Part shown: positions 29,478 through 39,115 of the stretch, piece by piece
How the letters are laid out: each line of letters opens with the position of its first letter
Numbering within the stretch: the stretch's first letter is position 1
Origin: Giardia intestinalis
Taxonomy: Eukaryota
NCBI GenBank assembly: GCA_000002435.2
Contig: CM018793.1
Reading direction: 5' to 3' (one strand)
Length of the DNA: 64,000 nucleotides
Made by a program: the position numbers and the translations under genes
The notes under the pieces: model-generated
The model's input: the letters and a program-made list of their open reading frames with translations, nothing else
Database searches by the model: none
What the model was told of the DNA's origin: nothing

Positions 29478-32400
29478 TTACTTTTCGTATAGAAGGAGGC
29501 TATAATAAGCATTCAACCGCTTGAACTTATCATGCGGTATCATGCGCAATATGCTAGCTATAAATTTAATGTCTCTAGTGATCCGCAGAAGCGGCAAATA
29601 GGCAAGGAAAAGCCCAACTACCATGATGCACAGAGAGCTAATCAAAATATCTATCCAAAAGGCGTTTGTTCGCAGCCTGTCCAACAGCACAGATTGCAGC
29701 TCTTGTTGGTACAGACCCAATAGTATTTCTAGCTCCCCAGTGTTAACTATGCACTGTAAGATAGAGTTATACAAGGCATCCTTCTTTTGCATATCATCCT
29801 TGACTTTTGAGGTGGATTTGTGTTGGTACAGAATCGATTCGCTGATGAAGTCGGTGTAGAGGGCGGTGTTGTCGTCGCGAAGGACGCTGTTGTACATGCT
29901 CATCATGTCTCTGTGGAATATCGAAAGAATTCGTATGATGCTCGGCAAACTGTAGTTGCCAAGCTCCTGTCTGTCTGCATCTAGAATTTCCTGAATCTTG
30001 CTGTCGTGAGAAAACACGCTTATGTTGTAGATGTATTGTGTCCAATTAACATTCCTGGCAGTTAAACTTTCAATATCAAAAATGGTAGAAAATTTGTTGA
30101 CTGTTTTTTGATAAATCTCTCTATAAATATCGTATCTGTCTTTATTTGTAATTGTAATATTTAGCGTTGAAGCTAACTGGAAAAAGTCTATCCGATTGTC
30201 ATCTAAATAACTTGCAATCGACCTGTAGAGCGGATTCGTCAAACCAGAGGTCACAAGTTCATTTAGATATACTTGTGAACTATTATAATCCACTGACCAC
30301 AAGGCATGTGCTTCTTTAAAGATGGAGCTTAGTAGTGCGGTGTAAATATCTCCCTGCTGGATGGCCCAGTACAGCATGGCCAGATCCCTGATAGCCTCAT
30401 ACTGGAAGGATATGCTCAGGATGTTGGTTGTATCATGGAAGGCTCTGTATACGTGAGTATCAAAAGTTAGTGACCCACCGACAATAGGATAGATTGACGC
30501 TGAGTCGAGGAACAACTTCTTCTGACGAAAGTTACGCTGACTGGCAAGGCTTTGATTCAGCCACGTTGCGCTGATATAGGGGATCTGCAATCCCTTGTTG
30601 AGCTCCAAGAAGCTCATGCTATAGAACAATTCATCGGCGCTGCTCCGCAACTCCTTCAATCTTAATGACAAGTCCACAAGTCTACACTCATCTGAGGAGC
30701 TCGTCATGCAAGCTAAAACCTTCAGTAACTTAGATCTGGTCATGGAGGTGTCATGTACCAATCTGGTTATAACGTAAAGGAGCTTTTCTATGTATAGCAA
30801 TAGGTTGGTGTAGTAGACCAAACACAGAGAAATAACGACAAATAGCACCGCCATGAGAATGAGAAGTATCCTTCTAATGGTGATCATAACGCTATAGCAT
30901 TTCCGCTGCTTGAAGAGAAGTTCTGGGCGTAGTTGGTCTATCATTGCATCGTTTTTCGCTAAGAACGGGAAGAGAACAGAGAAAGTAGTTGTCAGATACT
31001 CCATAATCACTATTACGCAGCATATGATACCGAGTCCGAAGATGTATGGACCTATTGTGAACAATCCAACGGTGAGGCCACTACGTTCAACCCAGGCATT
31101 GTGCTTTTGGGCTGCTTGCTCCAAGTTACTGAACATTATCGTGTTTAGAAGCTCTATCAGTTCTACATAGTTGTCCAGGTGATACTTTGAGATCTGCTGA
31201 TTATAGGAGATAAATGCTACAAGGTTATGGGGGATAAGGTCACTACTTGTGTAGGGATAACCAGACAGATGCGGCATCGGATCGACACTTAGAGGACTGA
31301 ACTGATAACGATAAGGATTATGCTCTATTTGATCGCTCTGTGGATTCGTTGGCTCGTTAAAGTCTATCATGTCCTTGACAAATTTTCGGGGAGCACGTAG
31401 CGCATACAACACGCCGCTAGGAGTTATCTCCTCTAGGTTTTCAAGTATTTCTACAAAGGGGTTAACGATAGGATCTTGAGATGTCGGCGATTTAGCTAGG
31501 GTTTTCTCACGCCACAAGCAGTAATACCCCAACGCTCGCCTAGTGGCCCCTAGATACCGAATCATTCCTTGGGACAGCGTATTAAGAGATAAGAGATGAG
31601 AGTGTTGAGCAAACCGCGTCACTGCTGGCCGCTTATAATAGTATAAAATATTAGTATGAGTGGAGCCAGGTTGGACCATGTCCTGAAGAAAATGCGTCTC
31701 AGAAAGGCTTTTCCCAGTCCTCTTCGGTATCTCTGCTCGTAACCATGTGAGAAAGCGCTGCGACTCAAGGCTATTAGCATACAAGATAGCATTATAATAA
31801 GGAATAGCTAGTTGCTCCGGAAGTAAAAGCATAAGCTCGTTCATAACTGCATATGCATTACCATTTGGTCCAGTTATGAAATCCATGTGGCGCTGTCTCC
31901 GTCTGGAGGCTGCCGAAATTTTCTTGACTCTGCTTTCAAGTATGCTTCTAGCTGCTCGAGAGTCCAGTGTTCCGTTATTCAATTCATAATTTAGAATGAG
32001 CTTCTCATCTGTCATGTAAGCCTCTGAGTTCTGCCGGAGATAGCGATCAAAATAATAGACATGGGGATCTGGATAAAGCGGGTCATAGCCTCCTTGTTCA
32101 AGAGCTAGGCCCTTCTCCATTGCAATGGAAAGGGACCCTGCCAATCTATCAAGGGTCTGGAATGTGAAAGCACTTGCATTTTGAGGAGGTGTGCTGTGCA
32201 TTAGGTTCTCGACATCAAGGCATGCAGAGGTGAGATGCTTACTCTTAAGAGCTATATCTAAGATCCAGTTGCGTATAGAGACTGCTGGTGTGATAACTGC
32301 CACAAATCTATTAAAGTTAGTGAGATCTCGCGTTGATGCTACCTTCACTATCAAATAGATAAATGATACTATCAGTAAAAATAATGATAATCCCAACAAT

Positions 32401-35400
32401 ACTAAGCTGAATATTAAAAACTTTTTGAACTTGATCTGATAGAGATATTTGAAAATAAGAAAAAATGAGCAGTAAGAGATGCATGCTATCGCAATGAATA
32501 TCGTTATATAGATCATGAACTGGCGAATGATGTATGTGTCTATATTACCAGAAGAATCTTCGACGTCAACAAGCTTCATAGATAATATCTTTTGAAGAGC
32601 AGTGTCTGTTGAACCATCTGTTAAATTAAAATGAACAAATGGTTGTAAAATTATTCGTTGATAAGAGTCTGTATGGTGCTTAGAGATATATTTGTGCGTT
32701 AGGGAAACAGGATTGACAAACGTGTTCCCATGATAAAAGATGTTCATAAACACGTTACGCTGACCCAGATTGGATATAATAGAGGACTTAATAAATCTTT
32801 TGAAGTAAAGAAGATAAAAGTCTCTTCCATCTACTGTCTCGTCGAGGAAGCTTATGGTTTGAAGTCGAAGCATTTCAAGCATCAGCGCGCGCGAGAGCTT
32901 TCTAACAGCGTATACGACCTTGTAGTAGTATAGAGAATTGAACGTTCCCAAGGACATAGCCCTTCGCATATCAGCGTCTGAATTGATCACATCGGACATA
33001 AGGTTTGTGTAAGACGGCTGAGTCTGGTTCAGAATATTATACCCATAGATCTGTTCCTCAAAATCTGCATCCATCACTGCCTTGGATAATTGAGAACGAA
33101 TAGAGTCTGGATCCGATAGTTCTGCGCTCATATTATAATTGTTATAAAGGTACACATAGTCCGTGAGAAAATCATGTGGCTTGAAGCGTGGATTCGTTGG
33201 CTGAACTAGGTCCACCAGCTCGTCGGACTTATACTGAGAGAGATGTGCCAAGAACACACCAATGGTATTTAGCCGTCTGAGCTCAGAAACAGCAGCTTCT
33301 ATCTCTCGTAGCAGTGTAGAGAAAAGCCAAGAGCGTGCTTGCATCAACTCTGTATCGATGAAAATTTCAGATATCATATCGTGCACCGTTGGTCCTGCGA
33401 GTAGGGTAGAGTACTGTGAGTAGAGTCTGTCATCCAAAGTGATGGCATAATTATGAGCTATGTGTCCGTGGAGTTCATCAAGGGACAAGGCACTCAGCTT
33501 CTCTGCCAAGTATCCACTTTTCAAGTTAGCCCTTTGCATGGAATATAGTACAGATGAAAATGACTGAATGTATATGCAGCCCAATATCTGCATTATGGAG
33601 AATAAACAGAAAATTAAGATCCCTATAAAGACAAGCAACAAATGTCGCTTGCGCCAAGTGGACCAGTCGAGAGCATCTTTAGAGGAGAGCTTCCACCGAG
33701 ATGTCTTCTCTTCTTTAAGACAACGGTGCTTTTTCTTACACACTAGAAGACTCCAACACCTATCCTTTGGATCCTCGGGGCGTGTATGGACCTGTGAGTC
33801 GAGAAGCCCTCTGTCATGAGCAAGAGAGTCGTAGCAGGGTGTCTTGGTCTTATGCATTGTAAGTTGTGTGGATTGCAGTGTTCTATCCTTTATTTTGTTG
33901 GAAAGTGAATTTGGGTTTGCTAGCTCTTTAGATTTAATGCTAAACATCGAAGTAGGCCCACACATAGGCTCTAGATGCAAATCTTGAGGGGAACCATCAG
34001 CGACATCATCTCTAATTGCCTGTAAATATGAATCAGAAGTATCACTAGTTTCTGTAACGTGCGTCATATCGTCTTTATTAACCATCGTGTGATGAAGACG
34101 AGAGTTCTGGGCGTAACCTAGTTCGCTCTGACGCATACGTCTGTCCCTTCTCTTTTGGCGGCTCAAAGGTTCCAAAAAAGGTTGACACTCAAAGGAGGAT
34201 GAACGTGCAGACATTCTAGTGTAGAGATAATATAGCTCAGTGTTACACTTTTTGAACTCACGAGAGAGAAAGCTTTTTCGCAAAACCATAGGCCTCCATA
34301 TATCGTACAGTATCACATTCCACTTGTTCTCCTGGGAAACCCTGGGCCACTGCGTTTTCGTAGCCGAGTTCCTAGTGAGAGGTGCTTTGGTGGTAGATGA
34401 GTATTTTGACGACTCTGTTTGCGAACAAGTAGCTAATCTCTGCGTAGGTAAAAAGTTTGGCAGCTTACTACCAGTGCCGACTTGCGTAGTAGACAGATGT
34501 GTGCCAACTTCCAGGTCAGTTGGAGCCACTGTGCCATCATCAAGACGCTCTTCTGGTCGATTGTCTTGTTGAGCTATAGCAATATCTAATATTTGCTTAT
34601 GCCGTTGCTGAATCCGGATGTACTTAGCAATCGTTGCACTCATCTGTGCCGTGTCGTTGACCTCATCGTCCATCGTGGAGATGTACTTCTTGAGAAGCAT
34701 CTGCATGCGCCGGCTGTACCGATCAGAATTGGTGCGGGTACCTTGTAGAACCTCTAGATCTAACTTGCTGGGGTTTGTTTCGACGTTGTTCAGCCGTTTT
34801 ATATCTCTGAGAAGACCTTCGCAATACGCTGGCAAGTTACGATGAAAAATGTCGGCTAGGCGCAGGCGCGAAATGTTATGAGATATCCAATAGGAAGCAA
34901 CTTCTTTCCTGATCTCAACCGGGAGCTTAATAAAAAGGTGAAGCAATATGGTATAGTCGCGTCGCATCTGGTTAAAGGTTACTTGCATTCTATAGGCAAA
35001 GACAATGACAAGAATAGCAAGAAGCCACATAATAAGTTGAACGCGGACGCTTGCGTTTAGCCGCGTGGTGTCCAAAGGAAGTAGTGGATCGGAGTGCTTG
35101 AGGAAGTAGTCCGAATACTGATGGAGAGGCTCCATAAGCTTGGAGAACTCACCCTTGTAGTATGAAAGATTCTGCCCATGTGATGGATAGGCTTTAATCA
35201 GGTCAAAAATTTGCTTCTGGATGTACACAGGCAGGGTAGAGGCTGTCCAGGTATCCATGTAGCGCGGAACCCGCGTGTAGACGTGAGTATTATACATTGG
35301 CACAGAAGGGTTCCAATGGGGATAGTAAGCATTGACATTATTGATTGCATCCTTGAGTTCTTTAAAAAAGCTATTGAGGGGTCTGATGTAATTATCAGGA

Positions 35401-38400
35401 AGATGGGATATACCAACAAGCATGCTATGAATCTTGTCAATAGTTTTAATGTGTCTGTCGAGGTTTCCAAGAAATGTAGCGAGCCCGTCCAGCTGCCTTA
35501 GTGGGGTAATAAATATCAACGAAAAAAAGATAGTAATAACCATTAGGTAAATAAGCCCCTCGATCACCTTCCAAGGGATAAACGAGCGTTTCTGAGTTAT
35601 TAGCTTGATGGCGCCCCTTGCCTTGTTGCCCCATGTGTTGACCAAGGCATCTAGATATTCAACCCGCGTGACACTAAGATATATAGCATTAGTAACAGGG
35701 TTCTTCTTGATGAAGCGTGAATTCTGTACTGTTGTAATTGTTCTCAGTCGTTTCATCTCATTCAGCTGATCTATATTTGATGCGTATTTCTTGATCTTAC
35801 CTCGCTCTTTGTCTAGGCCAGCGAGAACTCTCTTGCAGACAGTACCTGGCACGTTGAATATAAACTGTGCATCCTTCCCCACCAGAGGCCTTGTCTCGGC
35901 TGTTCCTATGCGCAGGCTAGATTCAACAATGAATCTATCGTCATAGACTGTCCGATCGTTCGCGAAGAGTGGATAGAGGATACGAGAGAACTTCTTTAAA
36001 GAACAAAACTTGGCCAGTACCTCATAAGAACGATATATCGTTACCTTGTTGACGTTATGCTTTATATAAAACGGAGTCCCGTCGTTTGATATAACTAGAT
36101 TGGTGTTTTTATACTTGTCTAGGAGGCGCCGATAATGGTATGAGTCTAGGGGAACGAGGGGCAAGAAGACTAGAAGCATTAGATGGAGAATGGTATGAAT
36201 TGGGTCATGCTTGTGCCGCTTCTGAATGTTTCTAAAAGAGCTGATTACTCCGTCAAATGAAGAGTGAAATTGGCATAGCGAAAGGAAGGCAAAATTGATA
36301 TCATTGTGCTGTTCCTTATAGATCTCTATGAAAAGTTGAACTATTGTTTGCGTCATAGCTAGCTCGCTTAGCTGTATGTCGCTGGTGATCTCGTTGGTAG
36401 ACCCAAGGATACTGCGCATGTGTATCTTTGCCAAGTGGAACATGGCAAGCGCTGAAGTGCGTGGAACTGAGCTGACAGTCTTTATGGCGTTTGTAAAAAG
36501 CTTCTGCAACTCGAGGGATTTGGCTCCTGGGATACTTGAAGATCTAGGATCTTTGGACACCCTCTGCCTACGTAGAAGATTCTGCTCGGGGTTCAGTTTG
36601 CCGCGGAGAAGCCTCATGTTGTTCGTCCAGGTAGCTATGACTGATGAGCCTGGCATAAGCTTTTCGTCTACCGAGATCGCTGTCACATGGGATTCTAGAA
36701 TGCGAAGATGAAGCTTTTCAATTGTCGCATCAAAGCTAGCAGCGGCTTCCTCGTCAAGGCCTCTGTCGTTGCCATTTTTCTTCATAAAAGGGTGGAGTTT
36801 GTCAAAATATTCGTCCAGCCTCGTTTGCATGTGACTCATGAGTGAATCCTTGTTTTCCAAAACGAACTTCACAAACTCCTCCTGGCTCTCACGCTTAAAG
36901 CAGATATCTTGCTGAAAGAGATTCTCAGCATCAGTGGATGTAATCCCAAAATTTAATAGATCCCCTGTTTCCTTTGCCACTGTTGCTCTATTGTTACATA
37001 TGCTTAGCAGTAGAGAGTAATATAAAAGAGCAATCACATAGGGATTCGACCAGTGAGCCTCCAGGACAAAACATATCTCTCTGATGAAACAATACTGGAG
37101 CACATTTGAAGAGCTAAAAACCTTTTGGCCTGAGAAAGTAGTGTGCAGAATCTTGTATTTGTAAAAGTTACTAATATATGCGCAGACTACTAGGACATCC
37201 TCAAGTCGACGAAAGTAGAGTCCAGGGTTTTTAGTGGGAGAAAGACCCCTTCTATTGTTGTGATCGCGCATATATGATTTGATCAAGATCTTGTCTAGAA
37301 ATGTTAAGCGATTGAAGTCAGCAAGCATTTTGAGAAACGAGAGCACAGGGACGTTTCTGGCTGCATTGAGCCCTTGGAAGTCACGGATATACTGCTCAGA
37401 ATTGTGTAGCCTTCTAGTTTTTTCAAATATTCGCCACTCCTTGGCGACCTGCTTCTCGTGAAGAAGCTCTGTAAACTTCAGGTCCACATAGTTGCCATGT
37501 TCATCGTATTCAGTCCTCGGGAGTAACGGTACAGATATTACTTCAGTTCCACGTGTGAAGTGGAACTGCAAAGGAGCAGACTGACTGTTGTCTCCTTTAG
37601 CTTGTGACATCTGGTATGCCCCAGTGTTGCCCACTCGTTTGAAGTTGGTAACGGATATTACTGGGGAAAAGGCATCAGCTCTCGAGTGTGCATGACGCGA
37701 CCACTGATCTGACTGGATAAGCCTGTCTCGGTGCGACCGCGAGTTCAGATACGCTCTTCCTGAAATGCGCATAAACGGATAGCTGACTAAAATCCAAAGA
37801 AAGTAGAGCAAGGTTGTCAAAGAAAGAACCAGTTTTGAAGAGCTGCTCAACGGAGCCATAATTTCCACCACCGGAAAAGGCTCAGAGTTCGCCAGTTGTA
37901 AGTCCTCGCTTCTATGGGTATATCCGTGGCTATTGGCCTCATAGCTATTCTCATCTGCAGCTCCTGTACCATGGGGAACCACCTGCGTGCTTGCACGAAC
38001 GTTCATACCACCTACGGCCAAGAATCGGATAGTGCGCTCGATCAAGTGCCTGAATTGAAAGTTGGTAAAAAGAAACGACGCCTCTATTAAACTGAAGATT
38101 ATGAGTATTTGTACCGGAATTGATGGTATCGGCCAGTTTGCACCGTAGGCAAGATGCAGAAAGCACACAAATGTAATGATGACGGAGAAGAAGATGGACG
38201 CGAGATTCTGAAAGAGGGAGAGGAAAATAGATGTACTTATGCAGTAAAGACAAAAGAACGTGGACACGAGACACAAAAGTACAGACATGAGGATCTCAGA
38301 ATGTCCATAGTAGTATGGATAGTGAAGAATTTCAAACAACTTAATGAAAACACAGAGAAACAGGTGTGGTAGAAGCAAGTAGCCGTTGGTTATAATGACA

Positions 38401-39026
38401 GGACTCTTTATATCATAGTCAGACCAGTGTAGATGCACGATACTTAGAATTGCTAGCGCGAAAAAGCCCAACAGCGGAACAGAGACGTAGATCCAAAAAG
38501 GAACGAGGTATTGGTACACATTTGAAAAGTTTCCATCTATCTTCAGCGTAAGTGAGTTCTGGAGTTTGCTGAGTAAGAGTGGTGGAAGCGTAACAAGGTT
38601 TCTACTACCTATACGACTAAGAATGAGAAAGGATGGATAGAAGAGATTGAGTACGGGTATAATCAAAGGAAACGAAGCAAACGCAAAGAAGAACTGGATA
38701 TTTGAGATAACTGAGTGATTGGTCCTTTTATAGAATAGCAAGACTAAAAAGCATACCAAAAGTATATTTCCGAGAGTAGCTGCAATAAGGGCTATAACTA
38801 AATAGACATCCCATCGCTGCACATATATGAATGATATTGGATTGTTGATTTCGGCCGCGAGGAGAAAGTTCATCTGAAAAGCCGAGCAGGGTAGATTTGT
38901 GAGGCACGTTAGAAGCTGCATGGTAAGGATGACACTCAGTATAACAGTGAGAAAGGAGTTCTGGATGCGAGAAACAGCGTGTAGCTGGCTTGTCTTGTAC
39001 TCATGCCCCCGCCAAATCTTTCTCAT
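29478..39026 (-). CDS. Giant multi-pass transmembrane protein, 3182 aa (hypothetical)
   Basis: ATG at 39024-39026 in 'aaaaaattatttgaATG'. About 10 hydrophobic helices lie in the first ~330 aa. Further TM clusters occur near aa ~1700, ~2050-2130, ~2560-2650 and ~3120. No P-loop or other catalytic motif was recognised by eye. Confidence 0.8.
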   Translation of the reverse strand: MRKIWRGHEYKTSQLHAVSRIQNSFLTVILSVILTMQLLTCLTNLPCSAFQMNFLLAAEINNPISFIYVQRWDVYLVIALIAATLGNILLVCFLVLLFYKRTNHSVISNIQFFFAFASFPLIIPVLNLFYPSFLILSRIGSRNLVTLPPLLLSKLQNSLTLKIDGNFSNVYQYLVPFWIYVSVPLLGFFALAILSIVHLHWSDYDIKSPVIITNGYLLLPHLFLCVFIKLFEILHYPYYYGHSEILMSVLLCLVSTFFCLYCISTSIFLSLFQNLASIFFSVIITFVCFLHLAYGANWPIPSIPVQILIIFSLIEASFLFTNFQFRHLIERTIRFLAVGGMNVRASTQVVPHGTGAADENSYEANSHGYTHRSEDLQLANSEPFPVVEIMAPLSSSSKLVLSLTTLLYFLWILVSYPFMRISGRAYLNSRSHRDRLIQSDQWSRHAHSRADAFSPVISVTNFKRVGNTGAYQMSQAKGDNSQSAPLQFHFTRGTEVISVPLLPRTEYDEHGNYVDLKFTELLHEKQVAKEWRIFEKTRRLHNSEQYIRDFQGLNAARNVPVLSFLKMLADFNRLTFLDKILIKSYMRDHNNRRGLSPTKNPGLYFRRLEDVLVVCAYISNFYKYKILHTTFSGQKVFSSSNVLQYCFIREICFVLEAHWSNPYVIALLYYSLLLSICNNRATVAKETGDLLNFGITSTDAENLFQQDICFKRESQEEFVKFVLENKDSLMSHMQTRLDEYFDKLHPFMKKNGNDRGLDEEAAASFDATIEKLHLRILESHVTAISVDEKLMPGSSVIATWTNNMRLLRGKLNPEQNLLRRQRVSKDPRSSSIPGAKSLELQKLFTNAIKTVSSVPRTSALAMFHLAKIHMRSILGSTNEITSDIQLSELAMTQTIVQLFIEIYKEQHNDINFAFLSLCQFHSSFDGVISSFRNIQKRHKHDPIHTILHLMLLVFLPLVPLDSYHYRRLLDKYKNTNLVISNDGTPFYIKHNVNKVTIYRSYEVLAKFCSLKKFSRILYPLFANDRTVYDDRFIVESSLRIGTAETRPLVGKDAQFIFNVPGTVCKRVLAGLDKERGKIKKYASNIDQLNEMKRLRTITTVQNSRFIKKNPVTNAIYLSVTRVEYLDALVNTWGNKARGAIKLITQKRSFIPWKVIEGLIYLMVITIFFSLIFITPLRQLDGLATFLGNLDRHIKTIDKIHSMLVGISHLPDNYIRPLNSFFKELKDAINNVNAYYPHWNPSVPMYNTHVYTRVPRYMDTWTASTLPVYIQKQIFDLIKAYPSHGQNLSYYKGEFSKLMEPLHQYSDYFLKHSDPLLPLDTTRLNASVRVQLIMWLLAILVIVFAYRMQVTFNQMRRDYTILLHLFIKLPVEIRKEVASYWISHNISRLRLADIFHRNLPAYCEGLLRDIKRLNNVETNPSKLDLEVLQGTRTNSDRYSRRMQMLLKKYISTMDDEVNDTAQMSATIAKYIRIQQRHKQILDIAIAQQDNRPEERLDDGTVAPTDLEVGTHLSTTQVGTGSKLPNFLPTQRLATCSQTESSKYSSTTKAPLTRNSATKTQWPRVSQENKWNVILYDIWRPMVLRKSFLSREFKKCNTELYYLYTRMSARSSSFECQPFLEPLSRQKRRDRRMRQSELGYAQNSRLHHTMVNKDDMTHVTETSDTSDSYLQAIRDDVADGSPQDLHLEPMCGPTSMFSIKSKELANPNSLSNKIKDRTLQSTQLTMHKTKTPCYDSLAHDRGLLDSQVHTRPEDPKDRCWSLLVCKKKHRCLKEEKTSRWKLSSKDALDWSTWRKRHLLLVFIGILIFCLFSIMQILGCIYIQSFSSVLYSMQRANLKSGYLAEKLSALSLDELHGHIAHNYAITLDDRLYSQYSTLLAGPTVHDMISEIFIDTELMQARSWLFSTLLREIEAAVSELRRLNTIGVFLAHLSQYKSDELVDLVQPTNPRFKPHDFLTDYVYLYNNYNMSAELSDPDSIRSQLSKAVMDADFEEQIYGYNILNQTQPSYTNLMSDVINSDADMRRAMSLGTFNSLYYYKVVYAVRKLSRALMLEMLRLQTISFLDETVDGRDFYLLYFKRFIKSSIISNLGQRNVFMNIFYHGNTFVNPVSLTHKYISKHHTDSYQRIILQPFVHFNLTDGSTDTALQKILSMKLVDVEDSSGNIDTYIIRQFMIYITIFIAIACISYCSFFLIFKYLYQIKFKKFLIFSLVLLGLSLFLLIVSFIYLIVKVASTRDLTNFNRFVAVITPAVSIRNWILDIALKSKHLTSACLDVENLMHSTPPQNASAFTFQTLDRLAGSLSIAMEKGLALEQGGYDPLYPDPHVYYFDRYLRQNSEAYMTDEKLILNYELNNGTLDSRAARSILESRVKKISAASRRRQRHMDFITGPNGNAYAVMNELMLLLPEQLAIPYYNAILYANSLESQRFLTWLRAEIPKRTGKSLSETHFLQDMVQPGSTHTNILYYYKRPAVTRFAQHSHLLSLNTLSQGMIRYLGATRRALGYYCLWREKTLAKSPTSQDPIVNPFVEILENLEEITPSGVLYALRAPRKFVKDMIDFNEPTNPQSDQIEHNPYRYQFSPLSVDPMPHLSGYPYTSSDLIPHNLVAFISYNQQISKYHLDNYVELIELLNTIMFSNLEQAAQKHNAWVERSGLTVGLFTIGPYIFGLGIICCVIVIMEYLTTTFSVLFPFLAKNDAMIDQLRPELLFKQRKCYSVMITIRRILLILMAVLFVVISLCLVYYTNLLLYIEKLLYVITRLVHDTSMTRSKLLKVLACMTSSSDECRLVDLSLRLKELRSSADELFYSMSFLELNKGLQIPYISATWLNQSLASQRNFRQKKLFLDSASIYPIVGGSLTFDTHVYRAFHDTTNILSISFQYEAIRDLAMLYWAIQQGDIYTALLSSIFKEAHALWSVDYNSSQVYLNELVTSGLTNPLYRSIASYLDDNRIDFFQLASTLNITITNKDRYDIYREIYQKTVNKFSTIFDIESLTARNVNWTQYIYNISVFSHDSKIQEILDADRQELGNYSLPSIIRILSIFHRDMMSMYNSVLRDDNTALYTDFISESILYQHKSTSKVKDDMQKKDALYNSILQCIVNTGELEILLGLYQQELQSVLLDRLRTNAFWIDILISSLCIMVVGLFLAYLPLLRITRDIKFIASILRMIPHDKFKRLNAYYSLLLYEK

Positions 39027-39115
39027 TCAAATAATTTTTTGAAAATGTACTGATGTGAAACGAAAAGAAAAAGGAACGCCATTGACCCAGCGCTAAGGGT
39101 GTTCAGCTAGACACC
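39027..39115. promoter_or_regulatory. 89-bp divergent intergenic region shared by the two giant genes (putative bidirectional promoter)
   Basis: Head-to-head ATGs at 39026 (-) and 39116 (+). The AT-rich 'caaataattttttgaaaatgtactgatgtgaaacgaaaagaaaaagg' lies between them. Confidence 0.45.
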
